This document shows, in pieces, positions 42,922 through 51,559 of a stretch of DNA of 54,709 nucleotides (positions are counted from its first letter, which is position 1; the number at the start of each line of letters is the position of its first letter). The notes under the pieces are model-generated. The model saw nothing but the letters and a program-made list of their open reading frames with translations, did no database searches and was not told the origin of the DNA. Made by a program: the position numbers and the translations under genes. The stretch is taken from positions 1 to 54,709 of the forward strand of contig JAWLHK010000028.1 in the NCBI GenBank assembly GCA_041690355.1. Direction: 5' to 3'. This stretch comes from a bacterium (lineage in GTDB: Bacteria; J088; JAWLBW01).

Positions 42922-43614
42922 TCAAGCGCCGGGAGGCAGGCGGAACCGGGAGGGCCAGTGTGCCTCCGGTTCCGCCGTAAAGGTCAGCGGCTCGCGCAGC
43001 GTCGGATGTTCGAACGCGAGCGAACGGGCATGCAGCGCGACGGCGCGCCGCGGGAAGGGCATCGTCGCACCATAGCGCAGATCGCCGAGAATCGGATGTC
43101 CGGCGGCGGCGAGCTGGGCGCGAATCTGGTGGTGGCGCCCGGTGTGCAGGTCGACTTCGATCCACGAGGCCTCGGGTTCCGACGCCAGAGAGCGCCAGCT
43201 CAGTCGCGCCTCGTCTCCCTCAGAAGCGCCGGCGGGGAGAACGCGGGCGCGGGGCCCCTCGCGCAGGATACGGTCGTAAAGTTCCCCCTGCCCATCCATG
43301 CGCCCCTCGACGATCGCCCAATAGACCTTGCGGACGCTGCGCGTGCGGAACTGCTCGGAGAGGCGGGACGCCGCCTTGGAGGTACGCGCAAAGACGATGA
43401 CCCCCGACACCGGCCGGTCGAGCCGGTGCACGAGGCCGAGAAAGACCTCTCCCGGCTTGGCAAATTCGGCTTTGAGCCAGGCCTTGCCGTGATCGAGCAG
43501 CGACACGTCGCCGGTCACGTCACCCTGCACGAGCATGCCGGCAGGCTTGCGCGCGACAAGAAGATGGTTGTCGACGTAGAGAATTTCGCGGGCGAAATCG
43601 AAAGGAGTTGACAA
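42922..43614 (-). CDS. RluA-family pseudouridine synthase
   Basis: KPAG, HRLDRPVSG, TGRHHQIR, GDLRYG, LHA; start approximate. Confidence 0.93.
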   Translation of the reverse strand: MSTPFDFAREILYVDNHLLVARKPAGMLVQGDVTGDVSLLDHGKAWLKAEFAKPGEVFLGLVHRLDRPVSGVIVFARTSKAASRLSEQFRTRSVRKVYWAIVEGRMDGQGELYDRILREGPRARVLPAGASEGDEARLSWRSLASEPEASWIEVDLHTGRHHQIRAQLAAAGHPILGDLRYGATMPFPRRAVALHARSLAFEHPTLREPLTFTAEPEAHWPSRFRLPPGA

Positions 43615-43642
43615 GGCGACGGGGTTTGCTTTCACTAAGAGG

Positions 43643-45022
43643 ATGTCGAGCGGACAGGAACCCATCCATCGCCCGGGGCGCGCGCGTCTCGTCCACCTCA
43701 TGGCGCAGGCCGGTCTCGAACTGACGCCGCGCCAGGCCGAGCAGTTCTGGATCTTCCACCAGTTTCTGCGCGAGCAGAACGAGACGCTCAACATGACCCG
43801 CATCTTCGAGTTCGATGCGATGGTTCTCAAACTTTACATCGACAGCGCGCTTGTCGGCAAATTGACCGCCCTGCCGTCGCCGCTGCTCGACATCGGCACC
43901 GGCCCCGGATTTCCCGGCATCCCGCTCGCCATCCTGCACCCCGAGGTGCAGTTTCTGCTGTCCGAAGGGCGGCATCAGCGGAACCGGTTTCTGCAGCAGA
44001 GCGTAGACCGCCTGGGTCTGCGCAACGTGGAAGTGCTCGGGCACCGCATTGCCCCGGACTACGATCGATCCGTGCAGGGGATCATCACACGGGCCGTCGA
44101 GACGATTCCCGAAACCCTCCAGCGGGTCATGCGCTGCCTCCTGCCCGGCGGCAAAGCGATCTTCATGAAAGGACCCGAGTGCGACGAAGAGATCGCCCAG
44201 GCCGAGAAGCGCTATGCGCGCTGGTACATTACCCGTGACGACATCCATTACCGGCTCCCCGAGTCGGACCACGCACGCCGCCTGGTCGTCTTCGAGCGCA
44301 CCGAAACCGAGGCGCCGCGGCCGGTAGCCGCACCCCAGATTACGAGCGCCGACAATCCCCGTTTCCGCCAATGGAAATCACTGCTCACGAGCCGCGGCAT
44401 CCGCAAGGAAGGGCGCGCCATCGCCAGCGGGCGGGCGGCCCTGGAGATTCTCGGCTGGGAACCAGATGCCGTCGAACAGGTCATTCTGCGCGAAGGGATG
44501 AAGACCCTGCCCGAACTCGTGGGCCATGACGCCACCGTGCTCAGCCGCGAGCTCTTCGCCGCGCTCGACGAAGACGGCACCCAGAGCCCGCTCGTCGTCG
44601 TGCGCGTGAGCGAGCCCGGGAGCGCGCCGCCGTGGCCTGCGCGCGCGCTGGTGCTCGGCCTTCAGGAGCCGGCCGAACTGGGGCGCACGTTGCGCGCGGC
44701 GACGGCCCTGGGTTGGAAGGATGCAGTGCTCCTGGAAGAAGCCGCCCATCCGTTCCACCCGCGGGCGCTGCGCGAGGCCGGAGCGGCGCTGTGGCAGATC
44801 ACCCTGCACCGCGGGCCGCGCGCCGCCTCGGTTCCCCCCGATCTGCAGGGGGGGGTCCGCCTCGAAGGCCCGGGCGCCGAACTCGGGCCCGAGCGCGGGC
44901 ATCTACGCGTCTTTCTCGGGCCTCAGGACACGCCGGGATGGCCCGGCGCCGGCCAGGCGGCGGATTTGGCGCTCGAGGCGGCGGTGCTGCTCGCGTCGGC
45001 GCAGGCCCGCAAAAAGGGCTAA
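43643..45022 (+). CDS. rsmG: RsmG (16S m7G527 methyltransferase) fused to a degenerate TrmH/SpoU-like domain
   Basis: LNMT, DIGTGPGFPGIPLAI, TRA, MKG; then ITSADNPRFRQWKSL and LQEPAELGRTLR. Confidence 0.8.
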   Translation: MSSGQEPIHRPGRARLVHLMAQAGLELTPRQAEQFWIFHQFLREQNETLNMTRIFEFDAMVLKLYIDSALVGKLTALPSPLLDIGTGPGFPGIPLAILHPEVQFLLSEGRHQRNRFLQQSVDRLGLRNVEVLGHRIAPDYDRSVQGIITRAVETIPETLQRVMRCLLPGGKAIFMKGPECDEEIAQAEKRYARWYITRDDIHYRLPESDHARRLVVFERTETEAPRPVAAPQITSADNPRFRQWKSLLTSRGIRKEGRAIASGRAALEILGWEPDAVEQVILREGMKTLPELVGHDATVLSRELFAALDEDGTQSPLVVVRVSEPGSAPPWPARALVLGLQEPAELGRTLRAATALGWKDAVLLEEAAHPFHPRALREAGAALWQITLHRGPRAASVPPDLQGGVRLEGPGAELGPERGHLRVFLGPQDTPGWPGAGQAADLALEAAVLLASAQARKKG

Positions 45023-45048
45023 GGGAGAAGCGGCGCCGGCGCCTGCGG

Positions 45049-46944
45049 CTACTTGAGCTCGACCTGATGGTCGGCGATCTGCAGGAAGGACTTCTGCGAC
45101 GTCAGGTGCACGACCTGCGTGACCGACGAGAGGCGCTTGAGGAACTTGCCCGCGGCGGCCTGCCTCATGTCGTCGAGGTTTCCGAACGGGTCATCCACGA
45201 TCAGCGGAAACTGGCGGGCCGGCAGGGTGATTTCGAGCAGGGCGCAGCGCAGGGCGAGCACGATGGCGTCGCGGTCGCCCTGCCCGATGCGGGCGAGGTC
45301 GATTGTACCGGCGCCCACCCCCTGGCGTGTCAGGCTGGGCTCGCCCTCGGGTGAAATTCCGTTCACGCCGTACCTGGGGGCGATGGCCCGCAGGTAGACG
45401 GCGAACTTCTCGGCGAGCATCGGCACAAAGGTCGCGAGGTCGCGCCGCGCCGCCTGCGCGCCCGCCTGCACCATGCCGGCCAGCGACGTGCCCCCGACCG
45501 CAGGCTGCGCGTGAACCTGCGCCGCCGCCGTGGCGGCGGGCATGGCGGCCGCGACGCCCCCGACGGCCTGAATCTTCTCGAGGCGCGCAATCTCGGCGCG
45601 AATCTGGTGCGCGTCGCGCGTGATGGCCCCCGCCTGCGAAAGCTCTTCCTGAAAGAGCGCGACTTCGGCCTCGGACCTCGTCTTGTCGGCCTGGAGTTTT
45701 GCCTCGTCGCCGTTCTCGGCGGCGTAGGTCTCGCGCCCACGCTGCAGCTCGACAAGGTCTTCCTGCAGCTTGCGGTACTCGGTGAGGAGGCTCCCCAGAT
45801 CCTTGGCGTCGAGCACCTTCAGCGACTTGACGAGCTGCGTAATGGCCGCCATCTGCGTCTCGAAGTCCTTCTTGGCGCGTTCTTCTTCGGCGCACTTCGC
45901 CTTGTACTTGCGGTCAGCCTCGGCGTAATCGCTCTGCAGTTTCGGATAGACGAGAATGAGCAGGTAGGCCAGCCAGCCGCCGCCGCCGAACCCGAAGAGC
46001 GAGAGAAAGTAGATCTTCGTAAAGAACGGGAGCGTGAGACCCAGCAGGGTCACGGCCGCACCGGCCAGAAAGAACGGATCTTTCTGGAAGCGCTTCTGCA
46101 GCTTGGGTTCGAGGATGTCGAGCTGCTTTTCGAGCGCCGCGATCTCCTGATCGAGCGCGTGCAGCTTCTGCCCCTGGAACTGCTCGTGACGGTCGAGATT
46201 GCGAATGCGGTTCTCGGTATCGGCGTCGACCTGTTCAAGGAGCGCGAGCGACTCGAGCCGCTTGCGCAGGTCGCTCTCCTGCTTGGCCATGTCGCGGAAC
46301 TTGGCGAGGCGCGCTTCGATGTCATACTGCTTCTTCTGCACGCCGTCGAGGCGGAACTCGAGGTCGCCGACGCTCTCGACGAGGTTCAGCTCGCGGTTGA
46401 GCTGGGCGATCTGGGCGCCGATATCGTCGTTGCCTGCCGCGGGCGGCGCTTCATCCTCATAGCCGCCGAACATGTCGGCCGCCGGTGCAGGCTGCGCCGC
46501 CGCCCCGGCTCCCGGCATAAGCGAGGCCCGGTCGATGCGGCCCAGCGCGGCGTAGAGACCCTCGAGGGGAAAATCGAGGTTGTCCTGCAGAAAAACAGCC
46601 GCGCCTGCTTCGTCCTTGGCGACGAGCTCGAACTTGCCGGTCGAGGCGTCTAGGCGCGCGAGGTTGAGCCCGCCGCTCAGGTTGCGCAGCAGGCGGTACC
46701 GTTCACCCCCGTGCTCGAACAGCAGTCCGTAGCGGGCGGGGGTGTCGGTGGGAACCTGCGGCTGCAACAGCGTCTGCGCAAGGGCCGCCTGGGCGGCGTC
46801 GAAGGTGGCCACCATGGACTGCGCCAGCGCAGATTTGCCGGTGTCGTTTCCCCCATAGACGACGTTATAGCCCTTCGCCAGGGAGAATTTGAAGGGGGTG
46901 AGAAAGCGTCCCACCCCCTGAACGTACACCTCGAGCAGCTGCAT
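45049..46944 (-). CDS. SMC/Rad50/YhaN-like coiled-coil ABC ATPase with central TM hairpin
   Basis: N-terminal GGNDTGKS; long coiled coils; two hydrophobic helices; C-terminal LIVDDPFGNLD. Confidence 0.8.
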   Translation of the reverse strand: MQLLEVYVQGVGRFLTPFKFSLAKGYNVVYGGNDTGKSALAQSMVATFDAAQAALAQTLLQPQVPTDTPARYGLLFEHGGERYRLLRNLSGGLNLARLDASTGKFELVAKDEAGAAVFLQDNLDFPLEGLYAALGRIDRASLMPGAGAAAQPAPAADMFGGYEDEAPPAAGNDDIGAQIAQLNRELNLVESVGDLEFRLDGVQKKQYDIEARLAKFRDMAKQESDLRKRLESLALLEQVDADTENRIRNLDRHEQFQGQKLHALDQEIAALEKQLDILEPKLQKRFQKDPFFLAGAAVTLLGLTLPFFTKIYFLSLFGFGGGGWLAYLLILVYPKLQSDYAEADRKYKAKCAEEERAKKDFETQMAAITQLVKSLKVLDAKDLGSLLTEYRKLQEDLVELQRGRETYAAENGDEAKLQADKTRSEAEVALFQEELSQAGAITRDAHQIRAEIARLEKIQAVGGVAAAMPAATAAAQVHAQPAVGGTSLAGMVQAGAQAARRDLATFVPMLAEKFAVYLRAIAPRYGVNGISPEGEPSLTRQGVGAGTIDLARIGQGDRDAIVLALRCALLEITLPARQFPLIVDDPFGNLDDMRQAAAGKFLKRLSSVTQVVHLTSQKSFLQIADHQVELK

Positions 46945-46964
46945 GGGTCAGCCGGGGTTTGCCT

Positions 46965-47375
46965 TTATTCGCTTGCGGCCGGCGCTTCCGGAGCAGCCGG
47001 CGCCTTGGCGGGCTGCTGGTCGCGAATCACCAGGCGGCCGGGGCGGATACGGGCCGCCTTGCCGCGCAGACCGCGCAGGTAATAGAGCTTCGCGCGCCGC
47101 ACCGCACCGTGCTGAATTACTTCGATGCGATCAACGCGGGGAGAATGCAGCGGGAACGTACGTTCGACGCCGACGCCGTAGCTGATCTTGCGCACGGTGA
47201 AGGTTTCGCGAACGCCGCCGTGCTTGCGGGAGATGACGACCCCCTCGAAAGCCTGCAGACGCTCTTTGTCTCCTTCACGAATCTTCACGTGAATGCGCAC
47301 GCTGTCGCCCGGCCCGAAGACGGGCACGTCACTGCGAAGCGCCGCCTGCTCAAGGCTGTCGATGACGTTGCTCAT
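46965..47375 (-). CDS. rplS: 50S ribosomal protein L19
   Basis: [31 protein letters not shown]. Confidence 0.98.
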   Translation of the reverse strand: MSNVIDSLEQAALRSDVPVFGPGDSVRIHVKIREGDKERLQAFEGVVISRKHGGVRETFTVRKISYGVGVERTFPLHSPRVDRIEVIQHGAVRRAKLYYLRGLRGKAARIRPGRLVIRDQQPAKAPAAPEAPAASE

Positions 47376-47516
47376 AGCTCACTCCTTGTCCGAATAAGAA
47401 TACCGAAGTCGTTAACCGATCACAAACTTACCTAACCGTCGAAAAGGGTCCGCCCTGCGAACCCGGCGACGTATCGGGGCATCCAGAAAGACGACCGTAT
47501 CTTTCTGGAGACTCCG

Positions 47517-48263
47517 CTACTCCGCCTGCGACTCTCCGGCCGCCTCACGCCCCGCCTCGTCCAGCAGATACTGATCTTCAGGACTCAGCGCAACGCCGTG
47601 CAGCAGCTCGGGGCGCCGCCTGGCCGTCGCTTTCAGGCTCTGTGCCCGGCGCCAGCGACGGATGTGCGCGTGGTTGCCGCTCAACAGAACCTCGGGGACG
47701 ACGTCACCCCTGAACTCGACGGGCCGCGTGTACTGCGGGTACTCGAGCAGCCCCTCTGAAAAACTCTCTTCCGCCGTGCTCGCCTCGTTGCCCATGAACC
47801 CCGGCAACAGCCGGGCCACGGCATCGATGAGCACGATGGCCGCCGGCTCGCCCCCCGAGAGAACGAAGTCGCCGACCGAAAGCTCGCGGTCGACGTAGCG
47901 GCTCACCCGCTGATCGACCCCTTCATACCGTCCGCAGACGAGCACCAGCTCCGATGCCCCGGCGAGCTCGCGCACGATGGGCTGCGTCAACCGGTCTCCC
48001 CGAGGAGAGAACAGGATGCGCACCTGCCCGTCGATACGCGGCACGCTTTCGAGCGCGGCCACGAGCGGCTCGGGCTTCATGACCATCCCGCTGCCCCCGC
48101 CGAAGGGAGCGTCGTCGACCCGCCGGTGCTTGTCGGTCGCAAAGTCGCGAATCTGCACCGTGCGGAAACCGAGGACACCGCTTTCGACGGCCTTCCCGAG
48201 CAGGCTCGCGCCGACCGCCGAAGGAAAGAACTCGGGAAAAAGGGTGAGGACGGTGACGTTCAT
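47517..48263 (-). CDS. trmD: tRNA (guanine37-N1)-methyltransferase
   Basis: TLFPE, CGRYEGVDQR, SVGDFVLSGGE, YTRP. Confidence 0.98.
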   Translation of the reverse strand: MNVTVLTLFPEFFPSAVGASLLGKAVESGVLGFRTVQIRDFATDKHRRVDDAPFGGGSGMVMKPEPLVAALESVPRIDGQVRILFSPRGDRLTQPIVRELAGASELVLVCGRYEGVDQRVSRYVDRELSVGDFVLSGGEPAAIVLIDAVARLLPGFMGNEASTAEESFSEGLLEYPQYTRPVEFRGDVVPEVLLSGNHAHIRRWRRAQSLKATARRRPELLHGVALSPEDQYLLDEAGREAAGESQAE

Positions 48264-48275
48264 CGGCCTCTCTCC

Positions 48276-48797
48276 TTAATCCTCGAGCAGCCCTTCGGGA
48301 AGCTCGACATCGATCCGGCGCGCCTCGAGGTCGACTTCGCGAATGAAGGCCTCGACGAAGGGAATCAACCCCTCGGCCTTGCCCTCGCGCGCGACGACCA
48401 GGTTCGGGTGCGCCGCCGTCTCGAACAGCTCCCTGACGACCCCGAGGTCTCCCCGTGCCGCATCGACGACCCGGCAGCCGATCAGATCGACCCAGTACCA
48501 CTCGTCGTCATCGGCCTCGAGCTCGGGGAGCCGCTCGCGCGGCACTCCGACCTCGACCCCCACCAGCGCCTGCGCTTCGTTCATCGTCGCCACCCCTTCG
48601 AGCAGGACGATGCCCACGGCACCGTGGGGGCGCGCGCGCAGGACACGGCGGGAGCCGTGGCCGACCAGATCGAGCGTTCCGAGTTCCGCAAAGACAGCCG
48701 GATCATCCCCGTAGGGACGAATCCGGACCTCGCCGCGGATGCCGTGGGGACGCACGATGCGCCCCAGCGTCACGAAAGCCTGGGCCGACTCGGCCAC
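48276..48797 (-). CDS. rimM: ribosome maturation factor RimM
   Basis: GRIVRPHGIRGEV, DLIGC, LIPFV. Confidence 0.94.
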   Translation of the reverse strand: MAESAQAFVTLGRIVRPHGIRGEVRIRPYGDDPAVFAELGTLDLVGHGSRRVLRARPHGAVGIVLLEGVATMNEAQALVGVEVGVPRERLPELEADDDEWYWVDLIGCRVVDAARGDLGVVRELFETAAHPNLVVAREGKAEGLIPFVEAFIREVDLEARRIDVELPEGLLED

Positions 48798-48811
48798 CGC
48801 GCCCCCTCTGC

Positions 48812-49057
48812 TCAGCGCAGAGCGATGCCCTTGCTCTTCAGCAGGGTGCGAACCGTGTCGGTGGCCTGGGCGCCGCGCGAGACCCACTCGCGAAGACGCT
48901 CTTCCTTCACCTCGACCTTCGCCGGCTCGACGTTCGGGTCGTACTGCCCGATGTTCTCGAGAAACCGGCCGTCACGGCTGAAATCTTCGTCCGCGACGAC
49001 GATGCGGTAGGTCGGGCGCTTCTTGGCGCCGACGCGGGTGAGACGAATCTTGACCAT
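48812..49057 (-). CDS. rpsP: 30S ribosomal protein S16
   Basis: MVKIRLTRVGAKKRPTYRIVVAD. Confidence 0.98.
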   Translation of the reverse strand: MVKIRLTRVGAKKRPTYRIVVADEDFSRDGRFLENIGQYDPNVEPAKVEVKEERLREWVSRGAQATDTVRTLLKSKGIALR

Positions 49058-49069
49058 CGTTCTTGCTCC

Positions 49070-50422
49070 TTACATCGGGGGCAGTTTGCCGCCCCGCATG
49101 AGATTCTTCATGAGTCCCGACATGCCCATCTTCTGCATGCGCGACATCATCTTCTTCATTTCCTGGTAATTCTTCATCAGCCGGTTGACGTCGGCCACTT
49201 CGGTGCCGCTCCCCTTCGCGATGCGCTTGCGGCGGCTGCCGTTGAGGATCAGCGGGTCGCGGCGCTCAGCGCGGGTCATCGAGCGGATGATGGCTTCGGT
49301 CTTGCGCAGCTCGCTCTCGGCCTGGGCCAGATCGGCGCCGCCCTTGATGAGATTCTTGGTGCCCGGGATCATCTTGAGGATACCCTCGAGGGAGCCGAGT
49401 TTCTTCATCATCTGCAGCTGCTGCAGAAAGTCGTCGAGGGTGAAGGTGTTGGTGCGGAACTTCTGCACCATGTCTTCGGCCTGGCCGACATCGACGACTT
49501 CCTGCGCGCGCTCGACCAGGCTGACGATGTCGCCCATGTCGAGCATGCGGCTTGCGACGCGGTCGGGGTGAAACGGCTGCAGGTCGGTGAGCTTCTCGCC
49601 CATGCCCGCGAATTTGATCGGCTTGCCGGTGATGTGCTTGATGGACAGGGCGGCGCCGCCGCGGGCATCGCCTTCCATCTTCGTGAGCACGACGCCGGTA
49701 AATTCGAGTTCGCGGTTGAAGGCCTCGGCGGTCTTCACGGCGTCCTGGCCGGTCATGGCGTCAGCGACGAAGAGAATCTCGACCGGGTCGACCTCTTCCT
49801 TGATCGACGCGAGCTCCTTCATGAGCTTTTCGTCGATGGCGAGGCGGCCGGCGGTGTCGAAAATGACGACGTCGTATCCGTTCAGCTCGGCTTCTTTCAA
49901 CGCCTTCTTGACGACCTTGACCGGCTTGTCGCCCGCTTCGGTCGGATAGACGGGAACGTCGATCTGGCGGCCGAGGGTCTTGAGCTGTTCGATGGCGGCG
50001 GGGCGCTGCAGGTCGGCGGGGACGAGAAACGGCCGCTTGCGCTGGCTCTTGAGCAGCAGGGCGAGCTTGCCCGAAGTGGTCGTCTTACCGGAACCCTGGA
50101 GGCCGACCATCATTATGGGGACGGGCGGGCGCGCCTTGAGGTCGAGCTCGGTGTTTTCGCCGCCGAGAATCTCGACGAGCTGGTCGTGAACGATCTTGAT
50201 GAACTGCTGGCTGGGCGAGACGCTCTCGAGCACTTCCTGACCGAGGGCGCGCTGCTTCACGGCGTCGGTGAATTCCTTCACGACGCGGAAGTGCACGTCG
50301 GCTTCGAGCAGACTCAGGCGAACGTCGCGGAGGGCCTCCTCGATGTTCGCTTCGCGAATCTTACCGTAGCCGCGCAGCTTTTTGGCTGTCGCCGTCAATT
50401 TATCGGACAGTGCGTCAAACAT
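49070..50422 (-). CDS. ffh: signal recognition particle protein
   Basis: GLQGSGKTT, DTAGR, Met-rich M domain with SRRKRIAKGSG. Confidence 0.98.
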   Translation of the reverse strand: MFDALSDKLTATAKKLRGYGKIREANIEEALRDVRLSLLEADVHFRVVKEFTDAVKQRALGQEVLESVSPSQQFIKIVHDQLVEILGGENTELDLKARPPVPIMMVGLQGSGKTTTSGKLALLLKSQRKRPFLVPADLQRPAAIEQLKTLGRQIDVPVYPTEAGDKPVKVVKKALKEAELNGYDVVIFDTAGRLAIDEKLMKELASIKEEVDPVEILFVADAMTGQDAVKTAEAFNRELEFTGVVLTKMEGDARGGAALSIKHITGKPIKFAGMGEKLTDLQPFHPDRVASRMLDMGDIVSLVERAQEVVDVGQAEDMVQKFRTNTFTLDDFLQQLQMMKKLGSLEGILKMIPGTKNLIKGGADLAQAESELRKTEAIIRSMTRAERRDPLILNGSRRKRIAKGSGTEVADVNRLMKNYQEMKKMMSRMQKMGMSGLMKNLMRGGKLPPM

Positions 50423-50640
50423 AACGTACCTCTCCCGCGCCTGCTTCTTTCCCTGTCGGGAAGCGGGCCGGGAGCGTCGTTGCGACTCCTGAGGGTCATT
50501 CTCGCAGCATGCCGTACCGCGGTGTATCGCAGAAGGCAGAGGCTGAGCCTGCGGACCCGGAATACGCCCCATGACAGGGCACACGTGTACTCCGGTACCA
50601 AGTTAATCCGGATATCATACACCAAGCCTGCGGCATGAAG

Positions 50641-50689
50641 CAATGGTCAATGATCAATGGTCAATGATCGATGGTCAATGATCAATGGC
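50641..50689. repeat. tandem heptamer array (CAATGGT/CAATGAT)x7, 14-bp super-period
   Basis: caatggt caatgat caatggt caatgat cgatggt caatgat caatggc. Confidence 0.92.
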
Positions 50690-50723
50690 CGACCCCGTGG
50701 AACGGATACCAGCAGAACGGATT

Positions 50724-51116
50724 CTAGTGTAGGAGGCGGAGGCCCAGGGACTCGAAGGGCTCGAAATCCGCGACGTTCAGGGTGAAGAGGTCCGCCTCGG
50801 AGGCGAGGGCGGTCGCGGCGACGAGGCAATCGGACTGGGAGCCTCTGCGACGGCCGGTCTGGTTGAAGAGACGGGCCGCGAGGGAGGCCGTTCGACCGTC
50901 CACGGGAATCACGGTTCCCCCAATCAACGCCGATGCCCGATCGAGCTCTTCGTCCGAAACGGCAGGTTCCGAGGGGCCACAGAGGAATCCGAACCATGCG
51001 AGCGCGCTGCACGCCGTGGCCGCTCCCTGCTTCAGCGGTTCTCTCAGGGGGGCGAGTCGCGCCGCGTCTCCCCCCACGAACGCAATCAGCACGTTCGTAT
51101 CGAGGTGGATGGTCAA
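50724..51116 (-). CDS. vapC: VapC PIN-domain toxin
   Basis: HLDTNVLI, SDCLVAATA, LFTLNVADF; TTG start overlaps the antitoxin stop (TTGA). Confidence 0.88.
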   Translation of the reverse strand: MTIHLDTNVLIAFVGGDAARLAPLREPLKQGAATACSALAWFGFLCGPSEPAVSDEELDRASALIGGTVIPVDGRTASLAARLFNQTGRRRGSQSDCLVAATALASEADLFTLNVADFEPFESLGLRLLH

Positions 51117-51385
51117 CGCGGTTCCCAGTCCTTGCGCAGGGCGCGGGCGTCCCGCTGCCAGGCGGCGGTCTCTTTCCTGGACCGCGTGGGATGGACAAGA
51201 CCATACTCGAGGACTTCGGCGGGGCTCATCCGGGCGACCTGCAGGTCGAACCGCTCGCATGCCATGCGCACCGCCCTGCGCGTGGCCTCGGATTTCGAGA
51301 CCCCCCAGGCCTCGGCAAGCTGGTCGATGTCGGCCACCGTCTGCCGGTCGAACGCGTACGTGACCCGTATGTCATTCCTGTTCAT
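51113..51385 (-). CDS. RHH/CopG-type antitoxin (VapB-like)
   Basis: IRVTYAFD..LAEAWGVSKSEATRRAV; directly upstream of the PIN gene. Confidence 0.82.
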   Translation of the reverse strand: MNRNDIRVTYAFDRQTVADIDQLAEAWGVSKSEATRRAVRMACERFDLQVARMSPAEVLEYGLVHPTRSRKETAAWQRDARALRKDWEPR

Positions 51386-51421
51386 ACCATAACTATAGTA
51401 TGAAACGGGGCGCATGCTCAA
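51381..51421 (-). promoter_or_regulatory. leaderless vapBC promoter with operator palindrome
   Basis: TTGAGC-18-TATAGT-6 nt-ATG; TTCATAC-N10-GTATGAA inverted repeat over the -10 and start. Confidence 0.7.
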
Positions 51422-51440
51422 GCCGGAGCGGTTCCGCGTA

Positions 51441-51518
51441 TTGGTTTCCAGGTCCTGGTTCCAGGTCCTTGTTTTCAGGTCCTTGCTTTCAGGTCCTTGT
51501 TTTCAGGCCCTTGTTTCA
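51441..51518. repeat. tandem ~14-bp repeat (CAGGTCCTTGTTTT) x5
   Basis: CAGG at 51449, 51462, 51476, 51490, 51504. Confidence 0.88.
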
Positions 51519-51519
51519 T

Positions 51520-51552
51520 CCCCCACTCTCCCCCTCCCCCGCTCCCCCACTC
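51520..51552 (-). repeat. 8-bp C-rich tandem repeat x4; four G5 tracts on the minus strand
   Basis: ccccactc tccccctc ccccgctc ccccactc. Confidence 0.75.
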
Positions 51553-51559
51553 CGCACGA

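Noticed and set aside
48798-48811. No KH-domain gene between rpsP and rimM
   Set aside because: Its absence is common in many lineages and uninformative.
50432-50474. SRP RNA (ffs) gene next to ffh
   Set aside because: Lacks the closing stem and GNRA tetraloop geometry and is too short; kept only as a possible leader.
50641-51518. Repeat arrays as CRISPR
   Set aside because: Contiguous short units without unique spacers; no cas genes.
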